Assembly (NCBI GenBank): GCA_016180945.1
Contig: JACPAG010000001.1
Location: 19,900 to 83,899, forward strand
Direction of reading: 5' to 3'
Length of the DNA stretch: 64,000 nt
Source: Candidatus Aenigmatarchaeota archaeon
GTDB lineage: Archaea; Aenigmatarchaeota; Aenigmatarchaeia; GW2011-AR5
Part shown: positions 18,131-26,253 of the stretch, piece by piece
Layout: each line of letters starts with the position of its first letter
How positions within the stretch are numbered: position 1 is the first letter of the stretch
Program-made: the position numbers and the translations under genes
Notes under the pieces: generated by a model
What the model was told of the DNA's origin: nothing
The model's database searches: none
Seen by the model: only the letters and a program-made list of their open reading frames with translations

Positions 18131-19126
18131 GCTTATCAAAAAAAACAAAAAGACGATGAAGAATTTTCTGCCGGTGCCAAAGCCGGAGAGGGCATGACCG
18201 TCGAGGACCTGCCGGGCGTCGGCCCGAAGGGCGCGCAGAAGCTTAAGCAGGCAGGTTACGAGGACCTCATGTCCATAGCCACCGCATCGGCCGGAACGCT
18301 TGCATCGGTTTGTGAAATCGGCATACCAACAGCTGAAAAAATAATAAATGCTGCCCGCGACAAAGTCGATATCGGCGGCTACAAGACCGCCGACCTTGTC
18401 CTGGAAAAAAGAAAAGACATCGGAAAAATAACAACGGGCAGCAAATCCTTGGACGCGTTATTAAGGGGCGGCCTGGAAACGCAATCCATTACCGAAGGTT
18501 ACGGCGCTTTCTCTTCCGGGAAATCACAGCTGGGTTTCCAGTTATCAATAAATGTCCAGTTGCCGAAGGAGAAGGGCGGACTTAACGGAAAGTGCCTTTT
18601 CATTGACTGCGAAGCGACATTCCGCCCTGAAAGAATACAGCAGATGGCCGAAGCCGCGGGACTGGATGCAAAAAAAATTTTGAAAAACATTTTTGTCGGA
18701 AAGGCCTACAACAGCGACCATCAGGTTTTGCTGCTAGAAAAATCAAAAGACCTCATAAAAGAGCAGGGAATAAAGCTCATAATCATCGATTCCTTGACGG
18801 CGCATTTCCGTGCGGATTATACGGGACGGGGAGAATTAAACCCGAGACAGCAGAAGCTGAACAAATTTATCCACAAGCTCCAGAATTTTGCAGACACTTA
18901 TAATCTTGCCGTTTACGTCACAAACCAGGTGATGGCACGACCTGACATAATGTTCGGCGACCCTACAACCCACGTAGGCGGCCACGTCGTCGGCCACGGC
19001 ACGGGCGTTCGCCTGTATCTTAGAAAGAGCAAGCAAACCCTGAGAATCGCCCGCCTGATCGATAGCCCTCACCTGCCTGAGGGCGAAGCGGTTTTCAAGG
19101 TGACCGAGAAAGGAATAGAGGACTAA
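18128..19126 (+). CDS. radA: DNA repair and recombination protein RadA
   Basis: HhH (VEDLPGVGPKGAQKLKQAGY), Walker A (GAFSSGKSQL), Walker B (KLIIIDSL). The ORF-track N-terminal 13 aa belong to the leader module. Confidence 0.93.
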   Translation: MAYQKKQKDDEEFSAGAKAGEGMTVEDLPGVGPKGAQKLKQAGYEDLMSIATASAGTLASVCEIGIPTAEKIINAARDKVDIGGYKTADLVLEKRKDIGKITTGSKSLDALLRGGLETQSITEGYGAFSSGKSQLGFQLSINVQLPKEKGGLNGKCLFIDCEATFRPERIQQMAEAAGLDAKKILKNIFVGKAYNSDHQVLLLEKSKDLIKEQGIKLIIIDSLTAHFRADYTGRGELNPRQQKLNKFIHKLQNFADTYNLAVYVTNQVMARPDIMFGDPTTHVGGHVVGHGTGVRLYLRKSKQTLRIARLIDSPHLPEGEAVFKVTEKGIED

Positions 19127-19529
19127 ACGACTCTTACATTGTCGAATAAGTCAACGTTTTCTAGATAGCGCATAACTTGCGCTCTTGTGCGCGTGTCGCC
19201 GAAATAATTGTATAGATTAACCGAAGCTGCGAGTAGATTGTTCTGCAACATCCTCTTGTACGCTGTGCTCAAATCATCATCCCCCAAATCTTGCATTTTC
19301 GAAATGGTACGAGTCCCTATATCAATTGCATAACTACAATCAGGTTTGCATGGAAAAAAGAGAAAAGTAAAGAATGCCGACGAGATTTCTGTTCTAACAT
19401 GGCAAATAGTCTCGAATCTGTCTTAGAAACAGGTCTGCTAGCTGCAACTACTGGATAAATATCCCCGACGAGAACTACAGGAAGAATTCTGTGACTCCTA
19501 GCTACTTCTAACTCCTGCTGAAAAGTCAT
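19123..19529 (-). pseudogene. possible frameshifted small gene (70-aa ORF 19317-19529 + 57-aa ORF 19123-19296)
   Basis: Two same-strand ORFs in different frames, 20 nt apart. The distal ORF overlaps the radA stop by 4 nt. No family recognised. Confidence 0.25.
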
Positions 19530-19556
19530 TCGTATAAGAAAAACGGAAACTTTTAA

Positions 19557-19576
19557 TTTCTTATGTTAGTGATAAA
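19557..19576. promoter_or_regulatory. variant copy (TTTCTTATGTTAGTGATAAA) of the 20-mer at 15292/15782
   Basis: 18 of 20 identical. Lies 28 nt upstream of the ATG at 19529 (minus strand). Confidence 0.4.
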
Positions 19577-19604
19577 GCTACCAGTTTTACATCTAAAAGA
19601 AAAT

Positions 19605-19862
19605 TTAGACTATCTCCTTCTCGGAAACTATCACGAAGTCGCCGACGCTCTTCACGGAAGAAAACGGGATTAACAGGCGGTTGTTGTCGTCTTTCTCCAG
19701 ATTCAGGTCGTTGCTGTGCTTTGTCGTCTCGACAAGAACTATGTTCAGCAGTTCCCCTGATTCTGAAACAAAATTTATGTCGCCTACAACGCCGAATTTG
19801 CGGCCTGTTTCCTCGGAAACAATTACCTTCCCCAATAAGTCGCGTCCTCTGTTCTTTATCAT
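19605..19862 (-). CDS. PRC-barrel domain protein
   Basis: MIKNRGRDLLGKVIVSEETGRKFGVVGDINFVSESGELLNIVL ... LLIPFSSVKSVGDFVIV is the typical PRC-barrel pattern. Internal Met start chosen. Confidence 0.7.
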   Translation of the reverse strand: MIKNRGRDLLGKVIVSEETGRKFGVVGDINFVSESGELLNIVLVETTKHSNDLNLEKDDNNRLLIPFSSVKSVGDFVIVSEKEIV

Positions 19863-19896
19863 CTGCTCACCTTTACAGTATATACGCCTCAAGAAT

Positions 19897-20121
19897 TTAA
19901 ATAGGTTTATAGGCACCTCTTCTAAACCCACGCCTCTCAAGCTCTTTTCTAGTTAGCGTCTCGGGAAAACCAAACGTGGAATTAGCTACATTAGGACGTG
20001 AGTTCTGCACAATCCCCATGTAAATTTCTCTGACTACCCCAGGGTCAGCGCCAGAATAATCCCCTATAAGTCTGGAAATAGCCTCTTCATGACGCTGCGT
20101 TAATCCAGTTTCTGTTGCCAT
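19897..20121 (-). CDS. hypothetical protein
   Basis: 74-aa ORF. No family recognised. Confidence 0.4.
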   Translation of the reverse strand: MATETGLTQRHEEAISRLIGDYSGADPGVVREIYMGIVQNSRPNVANSTFGFPETLTRKELERRGFRRGAYKPI

Positions 20122-20230
20122 GTATTATTACCTTTCTATTCCTATCTTTTTATCTCTTATGTTTGAAAAGAGAAGCTTTCCAACACCCCAAAAACCTTTG
20201 GTTTTTTGATGTGAGGGATAATTTATGATT

Positions 20231-21355
20231 TTACGACTGGACAACTAAAGTTTTTATTCGTGGCGACAGCTGGTAAACATATGCCCTGTCCCTCTGGGCC
20301 CGTTCCAAAAGTCCTTCTTGCAGCAGTCTTTTCGTGATGTTGTTCACGCTTCTGACTGCATGCTGCCTGGACTTGTATTTCGAAAGGTCCAGCATATTTG
20401 CGACCTCGCCGGGAGAACAGGATTTTTTGGCCAGTATGTCTATAATCCCTTTCTGCATGGGCGTCAGTTTCTCCAGCATGTCCAAAGAAACCTCCTTTTT
20501 GGGCGCAGCCTCTTTCCATGTAAGGTCTTCCGTTATGGTGTCCCGTCCTTTTTCTATCGCGGCCTTTATCAGGTCGTTGCAGTATCTTATAACCTCACGT
20601 GGAAAGCCGCCTGTTGATTCGTATATTGTATCGATAGTTTTGTCATCAAACAGCCCGAGACCCGTGCCGCCGACAGCCGCTATGCGTTTCTCCATCATTT
20701 CCCGCATTTCTTCTTTTGTTAGGGATAAGACCTCTACTTTCGCGGCTATCCGCTTTCTTAATGTCTCCAATTTATCCCTTATTTGCACCTCAAAAACAGG
20801 CAGCCCTGAAAGAACCAGAATCATGTTATCCACCTGGTCGCTTATAACGCGCAGCCATTCTAAAACATTCAGGTCAGACTCGTGGCATTCGTCGAGCATC
20901 ACGACAAGCGTTTTGCCGGAAAGCCTGCCGTTAAGGAATTTCGGCAGCTGGTGCAGGTTTTTTATGTTTTGCCATGGTAGATACCAAGGCTTGGGGAATT
21001 TATCCCTGAAAATATCAACAAATTCCTCAGCCTTCGAAGGCGGTTTGCCAATAAAAATATAGTCGTGCCTGTCAGGCAGATTGTCAGCTATCCATTTTAG
21101 CATGCTTGTTTTTCCCGATCCAGTAGGCCCTACAAGAAGCACGATTTTCTGCCTTTCTTCAATGGCGCTGATAAGAGAATTTACCTGGGTTTTATAACCC
21201 ACAAAAAGCGCCGGCGAAATATGAAAGGTAAAGGGATTGTTTTTCCATCCTCTTTTAGAAAACCATGCAAAATGGTCGTTTGTTTCGAGCATTTCCGGAC
21301 TGTTTTTTATGTTAGCGTCATTACCAGTCCCGCTATCGGGTTTTCCAGCTCCCAT
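20231..21355 (-). CDS. Orc1/Cdc6-related AAA+ ATPase with C-terminal winged helix
   Basis: Walker A LLVGPTGSGKTS, Walker B LVVMLDECH, GGFPREVIRYCN (compare Cdc6 GDARRALDLLR). C-terminal wHTH (GEVANMLDLSKYKSRQHAVRSVNNITKRLLQEGLLER). Adjacent to the TTCAC array. Confidence 0.75.
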   Translation of the reverse strand: MGAGKPDSGTGNDANIKNSPEMLETNDHFAWFSKRGWKNNPFTFHISPALFVGYKTQVNSLISAIEERQKIVLLVGPTGSGKTSMLKWIADNLPDRHDYIFIGKPPSKAEEFVDIFRDKFPKPWYLPWQNIKNLHQLPKFLNGRLSGKTLVVMLDECHESDLNVLEWLRVISDQVDNMILVLSGLPVFEVQIRDKLETLRKRIAAKVEVLSLTKEEMREMMEKRIAAVGGTGLGLFDDKTIDTIYESTGGFPREVIRYCNDLIKAAIEKGRDTITEDLTWKEAAPKKEVSLDMLEKLTPMQKGIIDILAKKSCSPGEVANMLDLSKYKSRQHAVRSVNNITKRLLQEGLLERAQRDRAYVYQLSPRIKTLVVQS

Positions 21356-21398
21356 ATAGACCTATTAGTAGCTGGCTTTAAATGTTTATATATACATA

Positions 21399-21862
21399 AG
21401 TTCACAGGATATTCACAGATTTTCGTGAACATAATACTCATATTCACAGCTCTTCACGAAGATAAAACCTACCTTCACAGCTTCACAACATAAATTCACA
21501 TGAATATTCACAACATTCACGTGAATACTTCACCAGTATAAATGAAGGCTATGAAGTCTTAGTGAAGGTTTTATGAAGTGTTAATGAAGAGCAAAATGAA
21601 GATAGTGAGAGATTTTTCCATATAAAACCTGTAGTAATCAACAAGAATGTGAGTTTCGACAAAATCCAAACGAGTTTTTGTGAGGGTCTTCACGAATGTC
21701 ACAGAACTCTTCACTTTATCTTCACTGATGTTCACAGAAGTTTATTAATCTTCATATGAAGTTCACGTTGTTCACGTGATATTCACGTTAACTTCACGTA
21801 ATCTTCACAAACTCACCGTGAAGAGCACTCATATTTGTGAGTAAAAATAACAATTTTGTGAG
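21399..21862. repeat. dense phased array of TTCAC / (A/G)TGAAG pentamer iterons
   Basis: About 19 TTCAC on the top strand, in two blocks (21401-21533 and 21688-21808). A block of at least 7 inverted (A/G)TGAAG (21543-21610) lies between them. Typical spacing is 9-12 bp. The region is non-coding. Confidence 0.85.
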
Positions 21863-21971
21863 CTATTGAAAGACTATACAAAAGAAAAATCTAGGTAAAA
21901 TTTAAGACTTAAAGGAATTTTCGGCATTAATTAGCCTAATTAGGCGTATAAAAGGTATATTTAAGGAGAAA

Positions 21972-22271
21972 TTACTCAAGCTCGCTCATCGTATGGAGCA
22001 GCTTCATGATTTTTTGGATATCTTTTCCTTCAGCAAGCTTTTCCAGAACTACAGGCTTGAGTTTTATAACCCTGACAAGCGGTTTTGGCCCTCCCAAGCT
22101 TGTATCTTCGATAAGCGGCTTTAAAATAGAGTCGGCATACTTGGCAACCGTAAGATGATGCAATTTCGCCTCTCTGGCTATTCTACGCAACCATAAACCG
22201 TCCGGATGGGAAGCCAACACCCCTATAATCGTTGCTACCTTTTTCATGTCATACCCAGGTTTTCTGCCCAT
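21972..22271 (-). CDS. small winged-helix protein
   Basis: 99 aa. ASHPDGLWLRRIAREAKLHHLTVAKYADSIL. Confidence 0.55.
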   Translation of the reverse strand: MGRKPGYDMKKVATIIGVLASHPDGLWLRRIAREAKLHHLTVAKYADSILKPLIEDTSLGGPKPLVRVIKLKPVVLEKLAEGKDIQKIMKLLHTMSELE

Positions 22272-22394
22272 ATTCCATCACTAACTAGAATAAATTATCC
22301 AGTGGATATTAAAAGCTATTGCCGCAATATTGAAGCAAAACCTGCCAAACCCAGCGTGTTTTTAGACAGCCCTGCATTCTCTCACATGCTGCTG

Positions 22395-23387
22395 TTATGA
22401 GAATATATTTAAGACAAGAAAAGTCGCACCGGCAATAGCTGCCGAAGCCGGAATAGTCAAGACCCAGGCGCCTACTATGCTTCTGGCAACCGCCCACCGA
22501 ACCGATGAAACTCGCTTGGAAGCGCCTACGCCAAATATTGAACCGGCTATCACATGCGTTGTGCTCACCGGTATGCCTGTAACTGCAGTGCCTATCAAAA
22601 CAAGGCTCCCGGCACTTTCCGCGCAAAACCCGTGAACAGGTCGCAGTTTTGTTATCCTGTGCCCCATTGTCTTGACAATGCGCCAGCCGCCGAAATATGT
22701 GCCTAGTGATATGGCTGCATAGCTTGCAAAAATCACCCAAAGCGGAATATGAAAACTGCTTATAACGCCGCCGCTCAACAGCAGGATAGTTATGATGCCC
22801 ATTGTTTTCTGCGCATCATTCGCCCCATGTCCCAGGCTGTACAGGCTCGAAGACAGCAACTGCAGACGCCTGAAATGGCTGTTTACATTCAATGGCGCGG
22901 ATTTTTTGAATATGAAAAATACAAGTATAGAAAAGGCGATGGCACCCAAGAATCCAAGCAATGGCGCAATGACGATGAAAACAAGAACCTTGCTGATACC
23001 TCCAATATTTAGAATGCCAAAGCCAGAAGACGTAACAGCCGAGCCTATAAGACCGCCTATGAGGGCATGGCTGCTTGATATCGGCAGCCCAAAATACCAT
23101 GTTATAACATCCCATGCTATAGCCCCTATTAGCCCTGCAAAAATCACAGATACGGTAGAAGCAGCAGGGTCAATAATTCCGCTGCCAATAGTAGTCGCAA
23201 TAGCAACGCCGAAGAAAAACACGCCTATGAAATTCCAGAATGCCGCCAGTAAAACAGCCCTCTGTGGCGATAATACGTTTGTGGCGACTATGGTTGCAAT
23301 GGCGTTAGCCGCGTCGTGAAAGCCGTTGATAAAATCAAATATCAGGGCGATAAAGATGATAAGAACTATAAGAAACAAATCAGCCAT
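22395..23387 (-). CDS. pit: PiT-family inorganic phosphate transporter
   Basis: GFHDAANAIAT and GHGANDAQKTMG signature repeats. Polytopic membrane protein. Confidence 0.92.
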   Translation of the reverse strand: MADLFLIVLIIFIALIFDFINGFHDAANAIATIVATNVLSPQRAVLLAAFWNFIGVFFFGVAIATTIGSGIIDPAASTVSVIFAGLIGAIAWDVITWYFGLPISSSHALIGGLIGSAVTSSGFGILNIGGISKVLVFIVIAPLLGFLGAIAFSILVFFIFKKSAPLNVNSHFRRLQLLSSSLYSLGHGANDAQKTMGIITILLLSGGVISSFHIPLWVIFASYAAISLGTYFGGWRIVKTMGHRITKLRPVHGFCAESAGSLVLIGTAVTGIPVSTTHVIAGSIFGVGASKRVSSVRWAVARSIVGAWVLTIPASAAIAGATFLVLNIFS

Positions 23388-24030
23388 GCTTGACCACGAT
23401 GCCCTCTACAACGTTCCCTACGTCCTCTGCCTTGTCGGTTACTGTTTCAAGAATTTCATAGATGTTTTTGTATTTTATTATTGCCACGGCATCCAGCCTG
23501 TTTTTAAACAGCGCCGTAAGCGCGTCCTTGAATATCATGTCGGCTTCATTCTCTAACCTGTTTATCTTAATGAGATACCCCTTCATTTCGCCGTGGTTGG
23601 CGTGGTTGCTGCCAAGCTGTTTTACCAGTATGTGGACTTCGGTGACAATTTCCGTTATTATGCCCGTCATTTCCAGAATGAATTTGTCCATCTTTTCGAT
23701 TCTGAAGATATGAAGCCCGGTTGCTGCGGCATTTATAGAGTCAAGAACATCATCCAGAAGCGACGTCAGCCTGTAGATGTCTTCCCGGTCTATGGGAGTT
23801 ATAAGCGTCTTGTTTAGCGCGTCGACGATCGCGTGAATCATCACGTCTCCATTATGCTCTATATCTGCAATGGACTTAGCATACGCCTCTTTTTTAACTG
23901 CCGAAAGTTTCGAATAGTTTTTAACAAGCTTTTCGAACTCTCTGGCGCCCAGAAGAAGGTTTTCAGATTGGTTTTTCAGCATCGCGAAAAATTTTGTTTC
24001 CCGCGGGATAAACCATTCCAAGACGCTCAT
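23380..24030 (-). CDS. PhoU-related DUF47 (TIGR00153-type) phosphate-transport regulator
   Basis: 216-aa helical protein overlapping the pit start by 8 nt. This is the classic PiT partner arrangement. Confidence 0.8.
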   Translation of the reverse strand: MSVLEWFIPRETKFFAMLKNQSENLLLGAREFEKLVKNYSKLSAVKKEAYAKSIADIEHNGDVMIHAIVDALNKTLITPIDREDIYRLTSLLDDVLDSINAAATGLHIFRIEKMDKFILEMTGIITEIVTEVHILVKQLGSNHANHGEMKGYLIKINRLENEADMIFKDALTALFKNRLDAVAIIKYKNIYEILETVTDKAEDVGNVVEGIVVKHG

Positions 24031-24092
24031 GTTATTAGATGCCGCTATAATTTTTAATACCTTCCCCGTGTTTTATACCAATACAACATAAT

Positions 24093-24169
24093 ATGGCATG
24101 CGACTAACGATAAACTGACGCACAGCGGTGCGTCTGGTTGTTTCGTAGCGTTGCGGAGGGGCATGTATG
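24093..24169 (+). promoter_or_regulatory. variant leader module in front of ligT with GACGCAC hairpin
   Basis: ATAAT-ATGGCATGCGAC ... GACGCAC-AGCG-GTGCGTC ... GCGGAGGGGCATGT-ATG (ligT start at 24167). A 34-nt core (24112-24145) recurs inverted at 39651-39684. Confidence 0.55.
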
Positions 24170-24700
24170 CGCTGTTTTGTTGCTGCGGAAATAGACGAGG
24201 AATTGAGGAAAAAAATAGCAATTCTTCAGAAACAATTGTCTGGTCTTGACGTAAAGCTGGTAGAACCGCGAAACCTGCATTTCACGCTCAAATTTCTGGG
24301 CGATGCGGAGGAATCAGTGATATCTGAGGTAAGCGCCAAGCTGAAAGAAACAGCCGCAAATTTCAAGCCTTTTGATGCAGTTATAAAAACCGTTGGCGTC
24401 TTTCCGGGACTTAATTATATGCGCGTAATCTGGCTGGGCTGCGAAGAAATTTTTGGCCTGCAGCAGTCAGTCGAAGATGCATTGTCGTCTATATCCAAAA
24501 AGGAGAAGCCTTCGCCGCACCTGACCATCGCCCGTGTCCGTTCGCCGAAGGATAAGGACAAGTTGATCGCTTTCGTAGAAAAAAACAAGGCCATAGAAAT
24601 CGGCTCGTTTGTCGTTGATAAGATTAAACTGAAGAAATCGACTTTAACGCCAAAAGGACCGGTATACGAGGACATCGAAGTATTCGAGCTTCGTGGTTGA
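24167..24700 (+). CDS. thpR: RNA 2',3'-cyclic phosphodiesterase / 2'-5' RNA ligase (2H family)
   Basis: Two HxT/S motifs (LHFTLKFLG and PHLTIARV). Confidence 0.88.
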   Translation: MRCFVAAEIDEELRKKIAILQKQLSGLDVKLVEPRNLHFTLKFLGDAEESVISEVSAKLKETAANFKPFDAVIKTVGVFPGLNYMRVIWLGCEEIFGLQQSVEDALSSISKKEKPSPHLTIARVRSPKDKDKLIAFVEKNKAIEIGSFVVDKIKLKKSTLTPKGPVYEDIEVFELRG

Positions 24701-24792
24701 GACCGAAGCGGACGAATATGAACGGAGAAGTTCTGGGATCGTCGTCAAACTGAAAGGTTTAGTTTAAATAGTATTGTAATTACAATGTAATC

Positions 24793-25251
24793 ATGACAAA
24801 GAAATTCGACTTTGTAAACAAAATCGTGAAACAAGGAAATTCATTATGCGTTAGAATACCTAATGCAGTAGTGAAACAAGGGCATCTTAAAGAGGGCATG
24901 GACGCAAATGTAATGATTAGCCCCCCAGAAGAGATGTACAAATATAGTGAAAAAAATATTGAAATTTTGCTAAAAATAGCGAATAAAGTAAAAAAATTAG
25001 ATAAGCATAATGAATTGAAAAAACGATTCTTTATTATGCTAAACTTCGAATTTCTTAAAGAAACAACAACACCTGACAGAAAAGAAACAGAGAAAAGGCA
25101 AAAAGAATTCATAGCAGAAAAGAGAAAAGGGTTCGGAAATAAATCAATTGACGAATTCATAGATTTTGCCATGACTTTGAATAAAGAAGCTTACACAATG
25201 GAAGGCGATGTTGCTATCTTGAAACCAAAGTATCAGAAATATCTTGAGTAG
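24793..25251 (+). CDS. AbrB/SpoVT-fold DNA-binding protein with helical C-terminal extension
   Basis: VKQGNSLCVRIPNAVVKQGHLKEGMDANV is the looped-hinge swapped-hairpin motif. A palindrome TTGTAATTACAA lies just upstream. Confidence 0.6.
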   Translation: MTKKFDFVNKIVKQGNSLCVRIPNAVVKQGHLKEGMDANVMISPPEEMYKYSEKNIEILLKIANKVKKLDKHNELKKRFFIMLNFEFLKETTTPDRKETEKRQKEFIAEKRKGFGNKSIDEFIDFAMTLNKEAYTMEGDVAILKPKYQKYLE

Positions 25252-25322
25252 GACCCTAGAATTGGACTTAACAGCCGTTAACTGAAACCGCCGCTTTAAT
25301 AAAAACCGCTAGAATAATTATT

Positions 25323-25679
25323 ATGCTTACCGACAAAAGCCTGATGAAACTGTCTTTTATTGTTTCAGCAACAGGCATCATCGCCCTCTTTGTTTTCGTC
25401 CAGTTCATAGAGCCGAAACAAATAACCGCCGCAGAACTGGAAAATAATATCGGCAACGTCATTGTTATTTCTGGCGCCATAACGTCTTATTCTGAGAGCA
25501 AAGGCAGCGTGTTCGTCGATCTCGATAATTCAACAAAAATAGTTATGTTTTCAACTGAAGCGGAAAGAAAGCCGGACGTCTACAGGCTGAAGGCCGGCGA
25601 CAACATCTTCGTAACAGGAAAAGTCCAGCTGTATCGTGGAACCGCAGAGATAATAGCAAAGAGTATCAGAAAGGTCTAA
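25323..25679 (+). CDS. membrane-anchored OB-fold protein
   Basis: N-terminal TM (LSFIVSATGIIALFVFV), then an OB-like segment (VIVISGAITSY...GSVFVDLDNST ... FVTGKVQLYRGTAEI). Confidence 0.6.
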   Translation: MLTDKSLMKLSFIVSATGIIALFVFVQFIEPKQITAAELENNIGNVIVISGAITSYSESKGSVFVDLDNSTKIVMFSTEAERKPDVYRLKAGDNIFVTGKVQLYRGTAEIIAKSIRKV

Positions 25680-25681
25680 AC

Positions 25682-26253
25682 CTATAGTTTCACTTCACCC
25701 TTCTTGATGGCCTCTTCCAGATCTTCCAGGTCCTTGACGGTATTTATAGTAATCCAGTAGCCATTGTGCTTATAGGCCTTTAGTTTTATTTTCGGGAACG
25801 TTTCCGTTTCTATCGCCCCCTTATCGGGCAGTTTTGGTTTTACCGATTTGTTCAGTATATACAGCCCCATGCTCGCCCAGTACGGCAGAAGCGGCTTCTG
25901 CTCGAATTTGACGACGTTGTTTCCCGCTACCTCTACAATTCCAAAGTTGCTGCGAAAGCGCGAAAGCGCAATGGCGTTGCTGCCGACACTTTTGAGCTCG
26001 TTTAAATTTGCGTCATTTATGTCATCCGTGTTTATAACAAAAAATTCTTCGCCCTCAATGTTATCAAGCGCCTGCTTTATCGCCCCGCCCGTTCCAAGAG
26101 GTTCTTCCTCGACGGAATAGACAAATCTGGAGCCGTAATGCTTCTTTATCTCTTCCCATTTGTAGCCGCACGCAAGCACCATTTGTCCTTAGTCAGCGGC
26201 TGCAGCCTTTTCCCTAACCCGCCGGATAAAATGATGATTTCTATATCAAACAC
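25682..26253 (-). pseudogene. sugar-1-phosphate nucleotidyltransferase, frameshifted/internally deleted
   Basis: The GGxGxRLxPLT motif (VFDIEIIILSGGLGKRLQPLTKDK) starts at GTG 26253, in a frame that stops at about 26149. The rest (MVLACGYKWEEIKKHYG...EEPLGTGGAIKQAL...FVINTDD) is in another frame, 26182-25682. Confidence 0.6.

Noticed and set aside
20334-21062. 242-aa plus-strand ORF
   Set aside because: Entirely antisense to the AAA+ ATPase gene, which has clear Walker motifs. Ser-rich shadow frame.
21399-21862. CRISPR array interpretation of the TTCAC region (and of the 35940-36018 repeats)
   Set aside because: The repeat units are only 5-11 nt with 4-11-nt gaps. There are no 24-40-nt repeats with unique spacers and no cas genes in the window.
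22309-22740. 143-aa minus-strand ORF, and the 22749-23319 plus-strand ORFs
   Set aside because: Alternative frames or antisense of the PiT transporter gene, whose signature motifs are clear.
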